DNA of 64,000 nt from Promethearchaeota archaeon (GCA_048939625.1 JBHLPH010000001.1:96001-160000), one strand, 5' to 3'. Positions 49,387 through 60,034 are shown, counted from the first letter of the stretch. Program-made: numbers and translations. The notes: generated by a model from the letters alone, not told the origin.

Positions 49387-50994
49387 TTAATTTTTCTGAT
49401 ACAAAGTAATTGCGATTTGACTAATTCCGCCCCATTTAGTTTCCTTTCCGGAGGGATAATAGGTTTCAATCACAATAGAATCTTGGTTCATAATAAGCTC
49501 GAGATCTTCAAGCATACGAAGTTGTTCCGCAACATCGACAGCTCGGTAGATGAGTTTTCCTCGAGCGCGGATAGTCACTGACCCCTTTCTCCGTATTTGA
49601 TGCTGGGCAGCTCGTACATATTCAATGGTACGCTTCTTACCAACATATACGATGTCTTCAATCCACTTAGGATCTGTAATGACATGTGTGGAACTTGGGG
49701 AAGTAGTATGTTTAGAGATTGATTTGACCAGTGGCTTAGGTTTGACAAGTGAGGAGAAGCCTAAAAGAGGTGGGGCAACTATTTCCTTACGGTCGATTGC
49801 CGGAACCATTTCTCCCTCTTCAGAGACTGGGATTGCAGCAAGAGGTTCAACATCCTTCGCTAAAAAGGCGTCAAATTTCGCAATCTCTTCATCAAGGAGT
49901 TCCATCGTAACGCGATGTTTTGGTTTCCAACTTTCAATCCTTTCGATGATCGTGTTGATGAGTTCTTGGTTTCGTGTGAAAATTCCGGCTTCGTCACTGG
50001 AAAACCAGCTATGTGTTGTAAGATTTTGCGATGACACTAAGGCTGCTTTGTTATCGACTATAATACAATTAGCATTTAGCTTTGGACAATTTTCGATTAT
50101 AACTCGGTCAGAAAGCAGACTTTCAAGTGCTTCAGGATCCGATTGCTGATTTGCCCAATTCCGCCAATTAAGCGTAGTGATGAACCTAACTTGAACGTCA
50201 CGAGGAATGATGCTAAGGAGATACTCGACGATATCGTTTGTGATGAAAGGGGACATTAACATGACTGTATCTTTGGCAGAGGATAAGAGGCCATGAACTA
50301 TGTCATGTAATCCATTCGATGTATTTACGAATATGCTTTCTGTGTTGAGGGGCACTTCTGATGAGAAGGTATAGATTTGATTTGGTTGAGGATATTCCTT
50401 AGATTCCCCGTAAAAGGCAGAGATGTACTGTTGGACTTGATCCACAATCTTCGGATCTGACGAAATTATAGCTAAATCGTGAAAGACGGTGGTATTTTTT
50501 GCCGATAAGTTAGCACAACCGATAGCCACGCGCTGGTCAGTGCCAAGAATTTTAAAATGAATACGAGGACGGTACTCAATTTTGATTCTTCGGTCAAGTT
50601 GTGTTGCAGTCCGTTTCAGGGTCTCCGTCGCTGATTCATTAGCTAAAATTATACGAATAGTTGCCTCTTCGTTAATCCATCTTAGAAGATTTTTGAAGTA
50701 AAATGCGGGTATATGTTGGAACCCAAAGTATGCGATTTTTTCAGCACTTTTTACTAATATTGTATACTCCGATTCAATTTTTATCGATGCCAAATAAATC
50801 GGGGCTCTAGTTTGTCTTTCTTCTGCGACTGAAAGTAAATCAACAATTTTGGGTAAAACATGCTTCTTAATTAAGGGATTAAATTCCCACAAAGCCATTA
50901 GAATTACTGAACCGAATATTAGAATAGCTGCTACGAGGGGAAACATTTTGGAAATACTCGCCCCAAACCTGGAAATTCGACCCACATTTGTCAA
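49387..50994 (-). CDS. N-terminal TM + two PLD-like domains + C-terminal Alba domain
   Basis: HFKILGTD...GCANLS; degenerate NANCIIVD...SSQNLT; VYVGKK..IEYV...VTIRARGKLIYRAVDVAE (Alba). Confidence 0.8.
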   Translation of the reverse strand: MTNVGRISRFGASISKMFPLVAAILIFGSVILMALWEFNPLIKKHVLPKIVDLLSVAEERQTRAPIYLASIKIESEYTILVKSAEKIAYFGFQHIPAFYFKNLLRWINEEATIRIILANESATETLKRTATQLDRRIKIEYRPRIHFKILGTDQRVAIGCANLSAKNTTVFHDLAIISSDPKIVDQVQQYISAFYGESKEYPQPNQIYTFSSEVPLNTESIFVNTSNGLHDIVHGLLSSAKDTVMLMSPFITNDIVEYLLSIIPRDVQVRFITTLNWRNWANQQSDPEALESLLSDRVIIENCPKLNANCIIVDNKAALVSSQNLTTHSWFSSDEAGIFTRNQELINTIIERIESWKPKHRVTMELLDEEIAKFDAFLAKDVEPLAAIPVSEEGEMVPAIDRKEIVAPPLLGFSSLVKPKPLVKSISKHTTSPSSTHVITDPKWIEDIVYVGKKRTIEYVRAAQHQIRRKGSVTIRARGKLIYRAVDVAEQLRMLEDLELIMNQDSIVIETYYPSGKETKWGGISQIAITLYQKN

Positions 50995-51119
50995 TATGTG
51001 CTTATTTTATGTTTTGGAAGGATATCGTGTTCTTTAGACATTTAACTGAACGTCTATAGTTTATGTGCTCCTTCTAGGATAAATCATGAACTAGGCTGTA
51101 AACCTCACGAAAAATTAGG

Positions 51120-52766
51120 TTATTCCAGTCGAAGATACGAGTGAGCGGACCAACTTAGGAGGATAATTACCAAGCAAATTGTGTAGGGAGTAACAAGAAG
51201 TGAGCTCAGGAGCATCAGTGGCACACCGCCAGGAAGAAATCCGAGCTGGAAGATGAGAACAGGGATGATCGCCATCCACGAGATGACTGGGAAGGTTATC
51301 ATGAGGGCAACCGGGGTTTCATTTTTTGCACGTGAGGCGTACGGATAGCGGCTGCCTAGACCTACGCCAATTGCCGTTGCAATAAGAATAGCATGAGGAA
51401 GGATAGCTAGCCCAACCGTGAGTAGGCTCAGGCTTCCCAAAATAACTGCGAAATAGATTGCAAAGGGAATGGCAAGGCAAATGGGTGTGATGAGTAGTTG
51501 GATGTATTTAATGAAGGTAAACCGTAATGGAGCTACCGGTGCTAATCGAACGAGATGGATTGAGCCGTATTCGCCTTGGAAGGGATCAGAAGAGGCGATG
51601 GCTAGCAGCGGAATGATGACAACAAGAAGAATGGCGTAAAGAGTTTCCATGAGGGGGATGAACTCAGGAGGAATAGGAAGCATGGATCCAAAGGCAGGAG
51701 CTAGATAGATGAAAAGCAAGGCGAAGACGAAATTGGCGATTAAACCGAAGATATAGAAGGCTTTTCCGGGTTTTCGGAGTCCTGTGATGAAATCCTTTTT
51801 GAAGAGAGCGTGGAGCGGTGTTTTCGCTGAAGTGAATTGAACGGGAAGACGACTGAAAGCCCCAATTGCTGTGCCTTTGCGTCGTGCCACGACTGCGATT
51901 TCTTCATACATATCAATGGAAATCCTGTCTGTGAGAAACCTAGTAAGAACCAAGATGAGGAAGAAAGTTACAATGAGTCCGAGAAGAACCCAAGGAAGTG
52001 CTGGAAAATAGAGTACTGTAAATGCACCATCGGAACCAGGTAGAGCTCCACTAAACGCGATAGCCACGAGCATGTAGGCTAAATTGTACATTGGCGAAGG
52101 ACTAAGAACTCCATTGACAAGCCAAACGGGAGTTAGCAGAAGAATCGTGCCGACCATTAGAACTGCAAAGAATATTATTCGGAAAATTCTGCGATGCTGA
52201 CGGGGTTGGGATACAAATTTTCTGAGAGCATAGAGCCCATGTGTTGCAATTGCTCCAATTTCAGCCAAAAGGAAAATCATGACAATAAAGAGCATAAACA
52301 TCCCAAAGGTTAACCCATAATTTTGCCCAAAATACCAGAGGATGGGTTGAAATGCCAGGCCTATGTAGACGAAAAGCATTAATCGCCGTGGTATAGACCG
52401 CAGGTATTTTGCAGTGAAATAGACATGACCCTTCATAGGTGCAGGAAATAGGTAATCCACATCTGCGGGTTCTGATTCAGATCCGAGAGGGACGCCCATA
52501 ACAGCTTTTACGATTTGTTGAGCTATTATTAGTGACAATAGGGCGTAAACTATCCAGACCGTGTTGGCCCCAATCATCCCGCTATTAATTATAAGCCAGT
52601 AGAGGGAACCGCGTAGCTGAACAGGAAGTGTAAACATGAACAGCCACAGCAACCAGATGACGAGGGCAATGACGGTCACAGAGATTACTTGAACGGTGAT
52701 GAAAATAGGTTGGAGTATCGATTTACGGAGATAATTCCTTGTTCGTTGAAATTCCCACCGAGCCAC
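51120..52766 (-). CDS. ABC exporter permease (two-repeat multi-TM)
   Basis: DVDYLFPAP...KY and LVRLAPV...KY repeats; adjacent ABC ATPase. Confidence 0.75.
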   Translation of the reverse strand: MARWEFQRTRNYLRKSILQPIFITVQVISVTVIALVIWLLWLFMFTLPVQLRGSLYWLIINSGMIGANTVWIVYALLSLIIAQQIVKAVMGVPLGSESEPADVDYLFPAPMKGHVYFTAKYLRSIPRRLMLFVYIGLAFQPILWYFGQNYGLTFGMFMLFIVMIFLLAEIGAIATHGLYALRKFVSQPRQHRRIFRIIFFAVLMVGTILLLTPVWLVNGVLSPSPMYNLAYMLVAIAFSGALPGSDGAFTVLYFPALPWVLLGLIVTFFLILVLTRFLTDRISIDMYEEIAVVARRKGTAIGAFSRLPVQFTSAKTPLHALFKKDFITGLRKPGKAFYIFGLIANFVFALLFIYLAPAFGSMLPIPPEFIPLMETLYAILLVVIIPLLAIASSDPFQGEYGSIHLVRLAPVAPLRFTFIKYIQLLITPICLAIPFAIYFAVILGSLSLLTVGLAILPHAILIATAIGVGLGSRYPYASRAKNETPVALMITFPVISWMAIIPVLIFQLGFLPGGVPLMLLSSLLVTPYTICLVIILLSWSAHSYLRLE

Positions 52767-52795
52767 GGTGGTTGTGCCAACCGTTCCCAGTGTTG

Positions 52796-53560
52796 TTACC
52801 TCCCACGCAGAGTCTGAATATAGTAGTTCTCTAAAGCCACACCGCCTCCAACCTCAGCACGGAGCTCTTGGACCGTTCCTGAAGCAACCTTTACACCATT
52901 TGATAGGATAGTAAATTCATCACTGACTTCCTCTGCAACACTCAAAATATGAGTAGAAAGTAAAACTGTTGAACCATTTTCAGCTAGCTCGCGGATTACC
53001 TGTTTGAGGACATACCCTCCTTCAGGGTCTAATCCATAGAGTGGTTCATCCATTAGCAAAACTTTGGGATTCCGAATCAGCAATCCGGCGAGTAGGGTTC
53101 GTTGTAGCATTCCACGAGAGAGCTCGCCGAGGTATTTGTTTAGAAAACCACCGATTTCAAAGCGATTGATGTATTCAAGTCGGCGTTGCTGAAATTCTTC
53201 TTCCGGCACTTGATATAGACTGCCGATAAAAGAGAGAAATTCATCAACTCTCAGCGTCTCGTATGCTGCAGGGGCATCTGGTAAAAAGCCTAGATTAATT
53301 TTTGCTTGCCAAGATTCTCGAAGCATATCATAACCCATAATGAAGATACTTCCGCGATTGGGACGACTCAATCCGGCAATTAGTCGAAGCGTGGTTGTTT
53401 TTCCGGCTCCGTTTGGCCCAACCAGCGCATGAACAACTCCTTGTCTGATTTTGAGGTTCAGTCGATTTACTGCCAAAACTCCAGGGGGGAAAATCTTACT
53501 CAGACGAAAGGTTTCCAAAGCAGGTATTTCCTTATTCGATTGGTTCGTCGCATTAGCCAT
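52796..53560 (-). CDS. ABC transporter ATP-binding protein
   Basis: GPNGAGKTT, LSRGM, LMDEP..GLDP and STH motifs. Confidence 0.92.
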   Translation of the reverse strand: MANATNQSNKEIPALETFRLSKIFPPGVLAVNRLNLKIRQGVVHALVGPNGAGKTTTLRLIAGLSRPNRGSIFIMGYDMLRESWQAKINLGFLPDAPAAYETLRVDEFLSFIGSLYQVPEEEFQQRRLEYINRFEIGGFLNKYLGELSRGMLQRTLLAGLLIRNPKVLLMDEPLYGLDPEGGYVLKQVIRELAENGSTVLLSTHILSVAEEVSDEFTILSNGVKVASGTVQELRAEVGGGVALENYYIQTLRGR

Positions 53561-53605
53561 CATGTGGACCTCATAGCAGTATTTCAGTCATATAGTAGTC
53601 CCGTT

Positions 53606-54073
53606 TTATGGGAGTCCCCATTGAGGAGGTAGTGGTATAAACATCAACACGATAATGATGATGAGTGCCCCTCCTATAATGAGTGCAGCTCGAACAATAG
53701 GTGTGATGCTTTGATACCCTGTTTTTAGTGCCAGTGAGAATAACGCGGCACCAATAAGAAATCCACCAAGTCCTCGGAATACAATATAGATTGGAGCTAA
53801 GATGGGAATAAGACTTGGTGTCGTGAATTGGAAATAGGTAATGAGAGCTAAAATGAAAGTGGCGAGTGTAATGAAAAACAAGCCCACAATGAGAAAACGA
53901 TGCTCAGAGAAGGATTTGAGCTCCCCGAATTCTTGGAGCGCATACTGTTTTTCAATGAGGGTTATGAGTTCAGCTCGACTCATCGAATCAGTAACCTTGA
54001 TCCCAAGTTGTTCAGCTTCTTTTTCCAGTCCCTTGCGGTCTAATGTCAATAACTTGTCACGTAAATCTGTCAC
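53606..54073 (-). CDS. Rho_N/HeH-like domain followed by 3 TM segments
   Basis: LDRKGLEKEAEQLGIKVTDSMSRAELITLI resembles the Rho N-terminal helix-extension-helix pattern. Confidence 0.6.
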   Translation of the reverse strand: MTDLRDKLLTLDRKGLEKEAEQLGIKVTDSMSRAELITLIEKQYALQEFGELKSFSEHRFLIVGLFFITLATFILALITYFQFTTPSLIPILAPIYIVFRGLGGFLIGAALFSLALKTGYQSITPIVRAALIIGGALIIIIVLMFIPLPPQWGLP

Positions 54074-54238
54074 GTTCCAACCTCCACACTAAAGTTATGG
54101 GGTTTTCTGCTATTAATTAGCCTGGGAAGTATAGCCTTTTGCTTGCGACTAGCTTCTTATACATTTTTATCTTGGCAATATTTGCCGCTAGAGCCTATCT
54201 GCTACACGTGTTGACTAAGACGAGCTCCTTTTAGGCAT

Positions 54239-54505
54239 TTATACAGATTTAGTTGGTGGTGGGGTGGTGTTCAAAAGTAGGAAGAGGCTGTAAATGAGGA
54301 GCCCAATGAAGATTCCTGAGGAAATGAAGAAGTAAGTAGTTTTGAACAGATCTGATCCAAGAAGCGGAACCCACGCAGGCCAGAATGGCGCTGTCCAGCC
54401 AAATGCAAATATGATGGACCCAATTGTGAGTAACAATGCAGCGAGAAGCCACCGACCGCGATCGGACATTTTTGATACCATATTATGACCTACATTAAGT
54501 ATCAT
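54239..54505 (-). CDS. Small membrane protein (2 TM)
   Basis: Two hydrophobic segments; start uncertain. Confidence 0.55.
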   Translation of the reverse strand: MILNVGHNMVSKMSDRGRWLLAALLLTIGSIIFAFGWTAPFWPAWVPLLGSDLFKTTYFFISSGIFIGLLIYSLFLLLNTTPPPTKSV

Positions 54506-54540
54506 TTCACTGGGAAAAAGGGATTCTATAGTTTTTTGTC

Positions 54541-57402
54541 TTAACTGTTTCCCTTCCTTTGAGGTTCGTCTGTCTTCGATTCGAAGGTGGGTTCCCTTTG
54601 ATGTCGTTCACGATAGCGTAGAATGAACTTGAAGACTTCCACAACTACAAATATTGAGAAGGTGAGAAGAATGATGATGAGCCAATCTTGAAGAAGAAGA
54701 GGTTGTGTACGAAAAACAATTTGGAGTGGTGGAAAATAGATAATGAATAATTGGAGTATAATAGAAACAGCGATTGCAAGGATCAGATACCGATTTTTGA
54801 AAAAGCCCACTTGAAAGAGAGAGAGATGCCCTGACCGAGAATTCAGAGCATGCACCATCTGAGTCATCACCAGAACCGTTAAAGCTAGTGTACCCGCTCG
54901 AAGAACAGCTTGATCAGGTGATAAGTTGAATGGTGGATTTGTAAGGCTAAACATTGTAACATAATATATCCATAAAGTGGCAAGGGCAATGGCTACACCC
55001 ACCACCCATATTAGGACCCAGACCTGTCTTGTAATGATGCCTTCTTGGGGATCCCGGGGCCCCCGTTTCATCACATCAGGTTCCATGGGATCCATTCCCA
55101 ATGCGAGGGCAGGTAGTCCATCAGTAACCAGGTTAATGAATAGAATCTGAATAGCTAGCAGGGGTAGTGGCCAGCGGAAGATAATCGAGAGTGTGATGCT
55201 GGCTAGAAAGATGACTAGGATTTCTCCTGCATTACAAGATAAGAGATATGAAATAAATTTCCGGGTATTGTCTCCGATACCTCGACCTTCCTCAATGGCA
55301 TTCACTATCGAGGAGTAGTTATCATCTGTTAGGATCATATCAGAGGCTTCTTTAGCTACATCCGTTCCTGTGACACCCATAGCAATTCCGATGTCAGCGT
55401 ATTTGAGGGCAGGCGCATCGTTGACTCCATCACCTGTCATCGCTGTGATGTGCCCACGGGTTTTCAAAGCTTGAACAATCCGAAGCTTATGTTCAGGTGA
55501 GACACGAGCATAGACACGAACTTGGGGAGCAGCATCCGTGAGGTCAGCATCTGAAAGGGCATCGAGAGCACTACCAGTTAGGACTGCATCATCCTCTTCG
55601 AACATTCCGAGTTCGTTTGCAATGGCAAGCGCTGTATACTGGTTGTCGCCAGTAATCATGATAGATTTGATTCCCGCAGTCCGTGCTGTTTTAATAGCAT
55701 CGTATACTTCAGGACGAGGCGGATCCATCATCCCGACAAGTCCCACGAATACGAGATCAAATTCGATGCCTTCTGGTGAGATGTCGCAGAGATCTTCGGG
55801 ACAAATCCGGTACGCCATTCCCAGAACACGGAGGGCTTTGTTAGCCATTTTATCATTGTTGCTTAAGATTTCAGCGCGTTGTTCTTTGGTTAGGGCTTGA
55901 ATTCCGTTAGCTGTAAATATGTAGGAACTTTGCTCCAGAACAACTTCAGGAGCACCCTTGATGTAAGCAGTTGTCTCCTGTTCGGGCGTATCATGGAGCG
56001 TGGACATACGTTTTCTATCAGGATCAAAGGGCAATTCGGCAATCCTAGGATATTCATTTAGTTGCGTGTCAGTGAATCCTGCTTTCTGAGCTGCAACCAC
56101 CAAAGCTCCCTCAGTAGGATCACCTATTACATGCCATTTACCCTCTTCTTCCCGAATTATAGCATTACTACAAAGAACACCTATACGTAGAAGCAAGGCT
56201 AGTTGACCATTTTGTAAAGGATCAATTGGTTGACCGTCGGCTGAAAAGGAGCCCTCTGGAGAATATCCAGCGCCTGTGACATGCACAGAGTATCCGGGAA
56301 CATAGAGCTCACGGACTGTCATTTCATCTTTGGTTAGAGTACCGGTTTTATCAGAGCAAATAATATCAGCAGAGCCTAGGGTTTCAACGGCGGGAAGTCG
56401 TCGGATGATGGCATTTCGTTTCACCATCCGTTGGACGCCTAAAGCCAAAGTTATTGTTACCACTGCAGGTAGACCTTCTGGTATTGCGGCAACAGCGAGT
56501 GCTACAGCAATTACGAATAAGTCGAGGAAGGTCGAAAAAGTAAGCATGGCCATAATCCAAGCAACAACTACCTGAATGGTCAGCACAATCATACAGATAA
56601 TCAGAATCGCAATACCAAGTTGTCGCCCAAGTTGTCGCATGCGTTTCTGTTGAGGAGTTTCTTTTTCTCCCGCTTCTGAAATGAACCCTGCAATCCGTCC
56701 TATTTCAGTGTTCATCCCCGTTTCGGTCACAACTGCAAGACCTCGCCCAGAAGTGATTGCGGTACCTGCGTGGACCATATTGGATTGATCAGCTAGTGGG
56801 ATGTTACGATCAAGAATTCTGTCTGCTTCCTTTTTAACTGGCATCGATTCCCCTGTGAGCGATGCCTCGTCTGTATAGATATTATTGGACTCAATTAGCC
56901 TTGCATCTGCTGGGAGACGGTCACCCATTTCCAATCGTAGAATTTCACCTGGTACTACTTCCGTTGCTGGAATATCAATCGGTTCGCCATTTCGGAGCAC
57001 ATGCGCTTGAGGTGCTGCCATTTTTTGGAGAGCTTCAATAGATTTCTCAGCTCGATATTCCTGAGTGAAGCCAAGAATAGCATTGAGAATTACAATTATC
57101 ATGATAACAATGGCGTCAATAGGTGGTTCGGGATGCTCCGTTATGATTCCTGAGTAGACATTCACGACCAAGGAAATAATGGCTGCAAAAATCAGTATGA
57201 TGACTAACGCTTCTTTGAATTGTGAAAGAAACATGGAAAGGGGACCAGGGCCCTTGGCTTCTTCAAGAGCGTTTGGACCGTATTCAGCTAATCTGCGTTG
57301 TGCCTCTTCCAGACTGAGTCCATCTTCTGTGACTTGCAGCTGTTCCATGACTTGGGATGCATTCTGAGTATGAGGAGGAGGAATATCAGTCGTCAAGGAC
57401 AC
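54541..57402 (-). CDS. P-type cation-transporting ATPase (type IIA, Ca2+-like)
   Basis: TGES, PEGLP, DKTGT, KGAPE, GDGVND and NLVTDGLPA motifs. Confidence 0.92.
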   Translation of the reverse strand: MSLTTDIPPPHTQNASQVMEQLQVTEDGLSLEEAQRRLAEYGPNALEEAKGPGPLSMFLSQFKEALVIILIFAAIISLVVNVYSGIITEHPEPPIDAIVIMIIVILNAILGFTQEYRAEKSIEALQKMAAPQAHVLRNGEPIDIPATEVVPGEILRLEMGDRLPADARLIESNNIYTDEASLTGESMPVKKEADRILDRNIPLADQSNMVHAGTAITSGRGLAVVTETGMNTEIGRIAGFISEAGEKETPQQKRMRQLGRQLGIAILIICMIVLTIQVVVAWIMAMLTFSTFLDLFVIAVALAVAAIPEGLPAVVTITLALGVQRMVKRNAIIRRLPAVETLGSADIICSDKTGTLTKDEMTVRELYVPGYSVHVTGAGYSPEGSFSADGQPIDPLQNGQLALLLRIGVLCSNAIIREEEGKWHVIGDPTEGALVVAAQKAGFTDTQLNEYPRIAELPFDPDRKRMSTLHDTPEQETTAYIKGAPEVVLEQSSYIFTANGIQALTKEQRAEILSNNDKMANKALRVLGMAYRICPEDLCDISPEGIEFDLVFVGLVGMMDPPRPEVYDAIKTARTAGIKSIMITGDNQYTALAIANELGMFEEDDAVLTGSALDALSDADLTDAAPQVRVYARVSPEHKLRIVQALKTRGHITAMTGDGVNDAPALKYADIGIAMGVTGTDVAKEASDMILTDDNYSSIVNAIEEGRGIGDNTRKFISYLLSCNAGEILVIFLASITLSIIFRWPLPLLAIQILFINLVTDGLPALALGMDPMEPDVMKRGPRDPQEGIITRQVWVLIWVVGVAIALATLWIYYVTMFSLTNPPFNLSPDQAVLRAGTLALTVLVMTQMVHALNSRSGHLSLFQVGFFKNRYLILAIAVSIILQLFIIYFPPLQIVFRTQPLLLQDWLIIILLTFSIFVVVEVFKFILRYRERHQREPTFESKTDEPQRKGNS

Positions 57403-57509
57403 GTCCAGCGATATTTATAGGATAGTCTAATGTGAGCGTTAATATTGAGGCATTCAACGTATCTCATTTATTTAACGTTGTGTATCGTAAGCTCACTTCT
57501 GGGAAGTGA

Positions 57510-58163
57510 TTATGCACTAGGCTTTTCAACTGTCGTTTCCTTTGGAAAAAGTGTCTTGGCGATTTCGTGTCGATATTTCACTTCGACTTGTGAGAGTAAG
57601 GTCTCTATCCGATAATCCACGGTGATATTGCCTTCTTTGTTTTGAACCATAACGCCACCAATTATGCCAAGTGCTTGTTTTCCAACGGTGACTTTGGTAC
57701 TCTGATTAGTTGTTTTTGAAATTGCCGTTCCAAGACCTGTAATCTTTGAGATGACAGCGTGGTCTTCCTTTCGGGCAAGAACAATAAGATCCCCACCACC
57801 AACCTGAATTCCAGCATTGATGATGAGATTTTTCAGAAATGCCTTATATCGCGCAGTTCCTCGTTCCTTTTCAAATTGCGTCTGAGCTTCTTGGAACGCT
57901 GTATCGATCATCTTAGCTTTGGCACTCATTATCCGCATATGCGCATCATTTCGAGCTTTTCCTATAATTCGGTCACCTGATCGCTCAGCCATTTGCTTCC
58001 GACGGTCAGCCCAACCAGAGAGAGTGGATTGTGCGTTTTCTTGAGCAACCTCGATTAGTTCTCGTGCTGAGACTTCAGCTTTTTGGATAATCTGTTTAGC
58101 GTCAGCTTTTGCCTCACTAATAATCATTTGTTCGATTTGATCTGAAGACGAGATATTGCTCAT
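57510..58163 (-). CDS. atpE: A/V-type ATP synthase subunit E
   Basis: N-terminal coiled coil; IIGGVMV...ITVDY..E..L. Confidence 0.85.
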   Translation of the reverse strand: MSNISSSDQIEQMIISEAKADAKQIIQKAEVSARELIEVAQENAQSTLSGWADRRKQMAERSGDRIIGKARNDAHMRIMSAKAKMIDTAFQEAQTQFEKERGTARYKAFLKNLIINAGIQVGGGDLIVLARKEDHAVISKITGLGTAISKTTNQSTKVTVGKQALGIIGGVMVQNKEGNITVDYRIETLLSQVEVKYRHEIAKTLFPKETTVEKPSA

Positions 58164-58486
58164 TTGTTTGCACCTCCATATGAATAAACAGAAGAAACTA
58201 TGAGATCAACGGTTTTCTTCAAATGCTTCTTCCCTTGTTCCTCAATAGCGGCGGCTTCTTGCTCAGCTTTGGAAAGAATAGTTTTGGATTGCGTTTGAGC
58301 CTTTTTCTCTACACCCTTTTGCTGGGTAGCAATTTGCGCCGCCAGTTCATCCCGAACTTTCTGTTCAGTTTCGCGTGCCTGGCGTTCAGCCTCACGCTTA
58401 ATTTGCTCAGCTTTTGCTTGGGCTTCTTCAATAATCTTTGCAGCCTTAGCTTCGGCACTTTGGATACCAGATAAAACCTCGCTCAT
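58160..58486 (-). CDS. atpH: A/V-type ATP synthase subunit H/G (peripheral stalk)
   Basis: IQSAEAKAAKIIEEA coiled coil; overlaps the atpE start. Confidence 0.75.
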   Translation of the reverse strand: MSEVLSGIQSAEAKAAKIIEEAQAKAEQIKREAERQARETEQKVRDELAAQIATQQKGVEKKAQTQSKTILSKAEQEAAAIEEQGKKHLKKTVDLIVSSVYSYGGANK

Positions 58487-58654
58487 CGTTTACACCGAAA
58501 GAACCTGACAATACCTTAGTCGGTAATCGCCTTTCAACAAAGACCTATCCTAATAAGCATTATTATCCGTTAAATTTCTGAAATTGGATAATCTTCCGAA
58601 ACCTTAAGAATGGGATTCCCTTTACTATCGACCCCCAAATGAGAATTTATCTCA

Positions 58655-58903
58655 ATGGGAGCTTCGGTGACAGAGTTGAGTGATGAACCTCCAATGTCAG
58701 GTGGAAGGGTATTCCGTTATACCACGATCGCCTGCGAGATTCTCGTTTTTGCCTTTGTTGGATGGATTATTGGACCATATATCTGGGGACCAAACGGACA
58801 ATATCTTGGAGCCCTTATCGGAGCATTACTCGGTACTCTTATGATGTTTTGCACGCTGTTCTACCTAGCAGGACTCTTTGGAAGAAAGGAGAAACAAGCG
58901 TAA
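58655..58903 (+). CDS. Small 2-TM protein, AtpZ/AtpI ('gene 1')-like
   Basis: Two TM segments (FVGWIIG; GALIGALLG) directly before atpC. Confidence 0.5.
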   Translation: MGASVTELSDEPPMSGGRVFRYTTIACEILVFAFVGWIIGPYIWGPNGQYLGALIGALLGTLMMFCTLFYLAGLFGRKEKQA

Positions 58904-58943
58904 GAAGAAGGCTTATCAAAAGTGAGTGAGAAGGTAGCACACA

Positions 58944-59993
58944 ATGTCCGTCGCACGATACAGTTTCATCAACGCTAAAATTAGAGGATATAAAGCCGAT
59001 ATGCTTACTTCTGAGCATTGGGATGCTCTTCTTGGTGCGCGAGACATGTATGCGGCCCTCCGTGTGCTCGATACAACCAGTTATGCCGATATCGTGAAGG
59101 ACTTTGATGAAACTGCGACGCCACAAGAGGTTGAACAAGCTCTGCAGCTAGACTTCAACCGTGTTCTTTCAGAAATCCGGACCGATGTCCCTAAAAGCGC
59201 CCAAACACTCATGAACTGGATTACACGAAAATTCCAACGAGAAGTTGTTAAACCCATCCTCCGACTTTTCGTTACTGAGAAAGATGCGAGTTTGGCAGAA
59301 CGTCTACTTGTGCCTGTGGATCCTTTCACAACAACCGTTCTGCTAGATCTGCTTTCAGCCAAAGACCTAAATGAATTTATAGACAAAATCCCCGATCGAT
59401 ATTTCAGAAATATAATCAGGGATAATCTGCCGAAATACGAGGAAACTAGCAGATTGGTAATTATCGAACAAGCCATTGACGCAGATATTTTGAATAACTT
59501 ATACTTGGAAGCCCAGAAACTCAAAGGTCTTGATAAAGACGTTACCTCAAAGCTTGCTGGTGTAGAAATTGATCTTGTGAACCTAATGATAACTCTTCGA
59601 ACTCACTTTCTCGGAATCGAGCAAGCAGACGCTGAAGCCCTTCTTCTCGATGCGGAATATCGCCTATCTCGTAATTTATGTAAAGAGGCATTAGCTGCAA
59701 GAAGCTTTGAGGAACGCGTACGAAAACTCCAAGAAAGTGTATATGGATCGATGATTGCCAAAAGCTGGGAAGCTTATGAATTACACCAAACGCTCTACAC
59801 TTTTGAGCACACATTTCATGAACAAATCCGACGAGATAGCACCGATGCACTCCTCGGGTATCCATTCCATCTGGGAATTGTCCTTGGCTACCTTAATCTG
59901 AAATGGTACGAAATCGTCAATTTGAAAGCCGTGATGAATGGAAAAGCTGATCAAATTGATCCAAATATAATCCGTCGCGTCCTTATCCTATAA
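58944..59993 (+). CDS. atpC: A/V-type ATP synthase subunit C (V0 d-like)
   Basis: RYSFINAKIRG, EIDLVNL..LR and YLNLKWYEIVNLK motifs. Confidence 0.88.
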   Translation: MSVARYSFINAKIRGYKADMLTSEHWDALLGARDMYAALRVLDTTSYADIVKDFDETATPQEVEQALQLDFNRVLSEIRTDVPKSAQTLMNWITRKFQREVVKPILRLFVTEKDASLAERLLVPVDPFTTTVLLDLLSAKDLNEFIDKIPDRYFRNIIRDNLPKYEETSRLVIIEQAIDADILNNLYLEAQKLKGLDKDVTSKLAGVEIDLVNLMITLRTHFLGIEQADAEALLLDAEYRLSRNLCKEALAARSFEERVRKLQESVYGSMIAKSWEAYELHQTLYTFEHTFHEQIRRDSTDALLGYPFHLGIVLGYLNLKWYEIVNLKAVMNGKADQIDPNIIRRVLIL

Positions 59994-60034
59994 TCGCTCC
60001 TTAATGTGTGACTGAGTAAAAATCTGGAGGTACG

